32,000 bases of DNA from Candidatus Nanopusillus sp. Lineage in GTDB: Archaea; Nanobdellota; Nanobdellia; Nanobdellales; Nanobdellaceae. Position 1 is the first letter of the stretch. Every line of letters begins with the position of its first letter. The DNA is taken from NCBI GenBank assembly GCA_028275775.1, contig JAPWTZ010000003.1:1-32000 (forward strand). The letters are read 5' to 3'. Under the pieces are notes generated by a model. That model ran no database searches and was not told the origin of the DNA. It was given only the letters and a program-made list of their open reading frames with translations. This document shows, piece by piece, positions 31,492-32,000 of the stretch. The position numbers were made by a program, and so were the translations under genes.

Positions 31492-32000
31492 TTATATTTT
31501 TTCTAATACTTTCTTAAAATAATCTGTTATATTTTTTATATTTTTAAACAAAGGATAGAATTGTGGTTTATATACTTTGTTTCCCCATTTTTCAAAGAAT
31601 ATTATATCATATAAATTTGGTCTAATGGATTCTTTTGGTTTTTCATTTGGATATCCCATTGCAATTATAATATGTATATTTTTATCTTTTGGTATTTCTA
31701 ATAAATTCTTTATACTTTCTTCGTCAAAAGATCCTATCCAACATGTTCCAATATTTTTATCTGTAGCAGCTAATAATATATTTTCTGCTATTGCAGCAGT
31801 ATCCTGTATTGCAAAAATTTGTCCTTTTTCTCCATATAATGATTTTAATTTATTATCATCAGATACAATAATTATTAATGTATTTGCATCTTTTATAAAA
31901 TCCTGACCTGCAAATTCAGAAATTTTTCCTATTTTTTCAGGATCTTTTACAATGATAAAATAATAATGTGATATATTTCCAGCTATTGGTGCTAATATTC
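31492..32000 (-). CDS. nitroreductase-family flavoprotein, 5'-truncated by the window end; not in the supplied ORF track
   Basis: My manual minus-strand translation is ..ILAPIAGNISHYYFIIVKDPEKI...IQDTAAIAENILLAATDKNIGTCWIGSFDEESIKNLLEIP...IIIAMGYPNEKP...*. The stop is at 31492-31494. No start codon lies inside the window. Confidence 0.8.
   Translation of the reverse strand, partial: ILAPIAGNISHYYFIIVKDPEKIGKISEFAGQDFIKDANTLIIIVSDDNKLKSLYGEKGQIFAIQDTAAIAENILLAATDKNIGTCWIGSFDEESIKNLLEIPKDKNIHIIIAMGYPNEKPKESIRPNLYDIIFFEKWGNKVYKPQFYPLFKNIKNITDYFKKVLEKI

Noticed and set aside
31577-31906. A + strand 109-aa ORF at the window end.
   Set aside because: The opposite strand encodes a recognisable nitroreductase-family protein across the same interval.
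1-32000. A search for CRISPR arrays, transposases, integrases, toxin-antitoxin pairs or prophage genes.
   Set aside because: I saw no regularly spaced repeats, no recognisable recombinase or transposase motifs, and no small adjacent TA-like gene pairs. The only notable repeat is the 17-mer pair at 21383-21431.

Overview
Very AT-rich, gene-dense archaeal chromosome segment. Both strands are coding, there is almost no intergenic DNA, and many neighbouring genes overlap by 1-4 nt at start/stop codons. The content is mostly informational housekeeping:
- A truncated ribosomal-protein cluster (S17-L14-L24-S4e-L5-L6-L32e), plus L37ae and S19e.
- RNA polymerase subunits E', Spt4/E'' and P.
- Prefoldin beta, archaeal GluRS, GatD, deoxyhypusine synthase, Pth2, RNase P protein Rpr2, NMN adenylyltransferase and UppS.
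- FtsZ with an unlinked SepF, ATP-dependent DNA ligase, a TrmB regulator and a tungsten-type aldehyde:ferredoxin oxidoreductase.
- A single-polypeptide PriS-PriL primase.

RNA genes stand out as GC-rich islands: a stand-alone 5S rRNA, tRNA-Gly(UCC), tRNA-Ala(GGC), one textbook C/D box sRNA, one weaker C/D candidate and one unclassified GC-rich element. Compaction, scrambled operons, the fused primase and GC-rich RNAs in an AT-rich background suggest a small-genome thermophilic archaeon, plausibly DPANN/Nanoarchaeota-like. That is inference, not proven here.

Two genes are missing from the supplied ORF track: rpoP (12919..13059, minus) and a 5'-truncated nitroreductase (31492..32000, minus).

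The most unusual region is 13.8-18.5 kb. There a HerA/FtsK-class ATPase is translationally chained to prepilin-signal-like, N/Y-rich, glycosylation-sequon-rich secreted proteins. No canonical type IV pilus ATPase or platform gene is present. I saw no CRISPR array, transposase or integrase.
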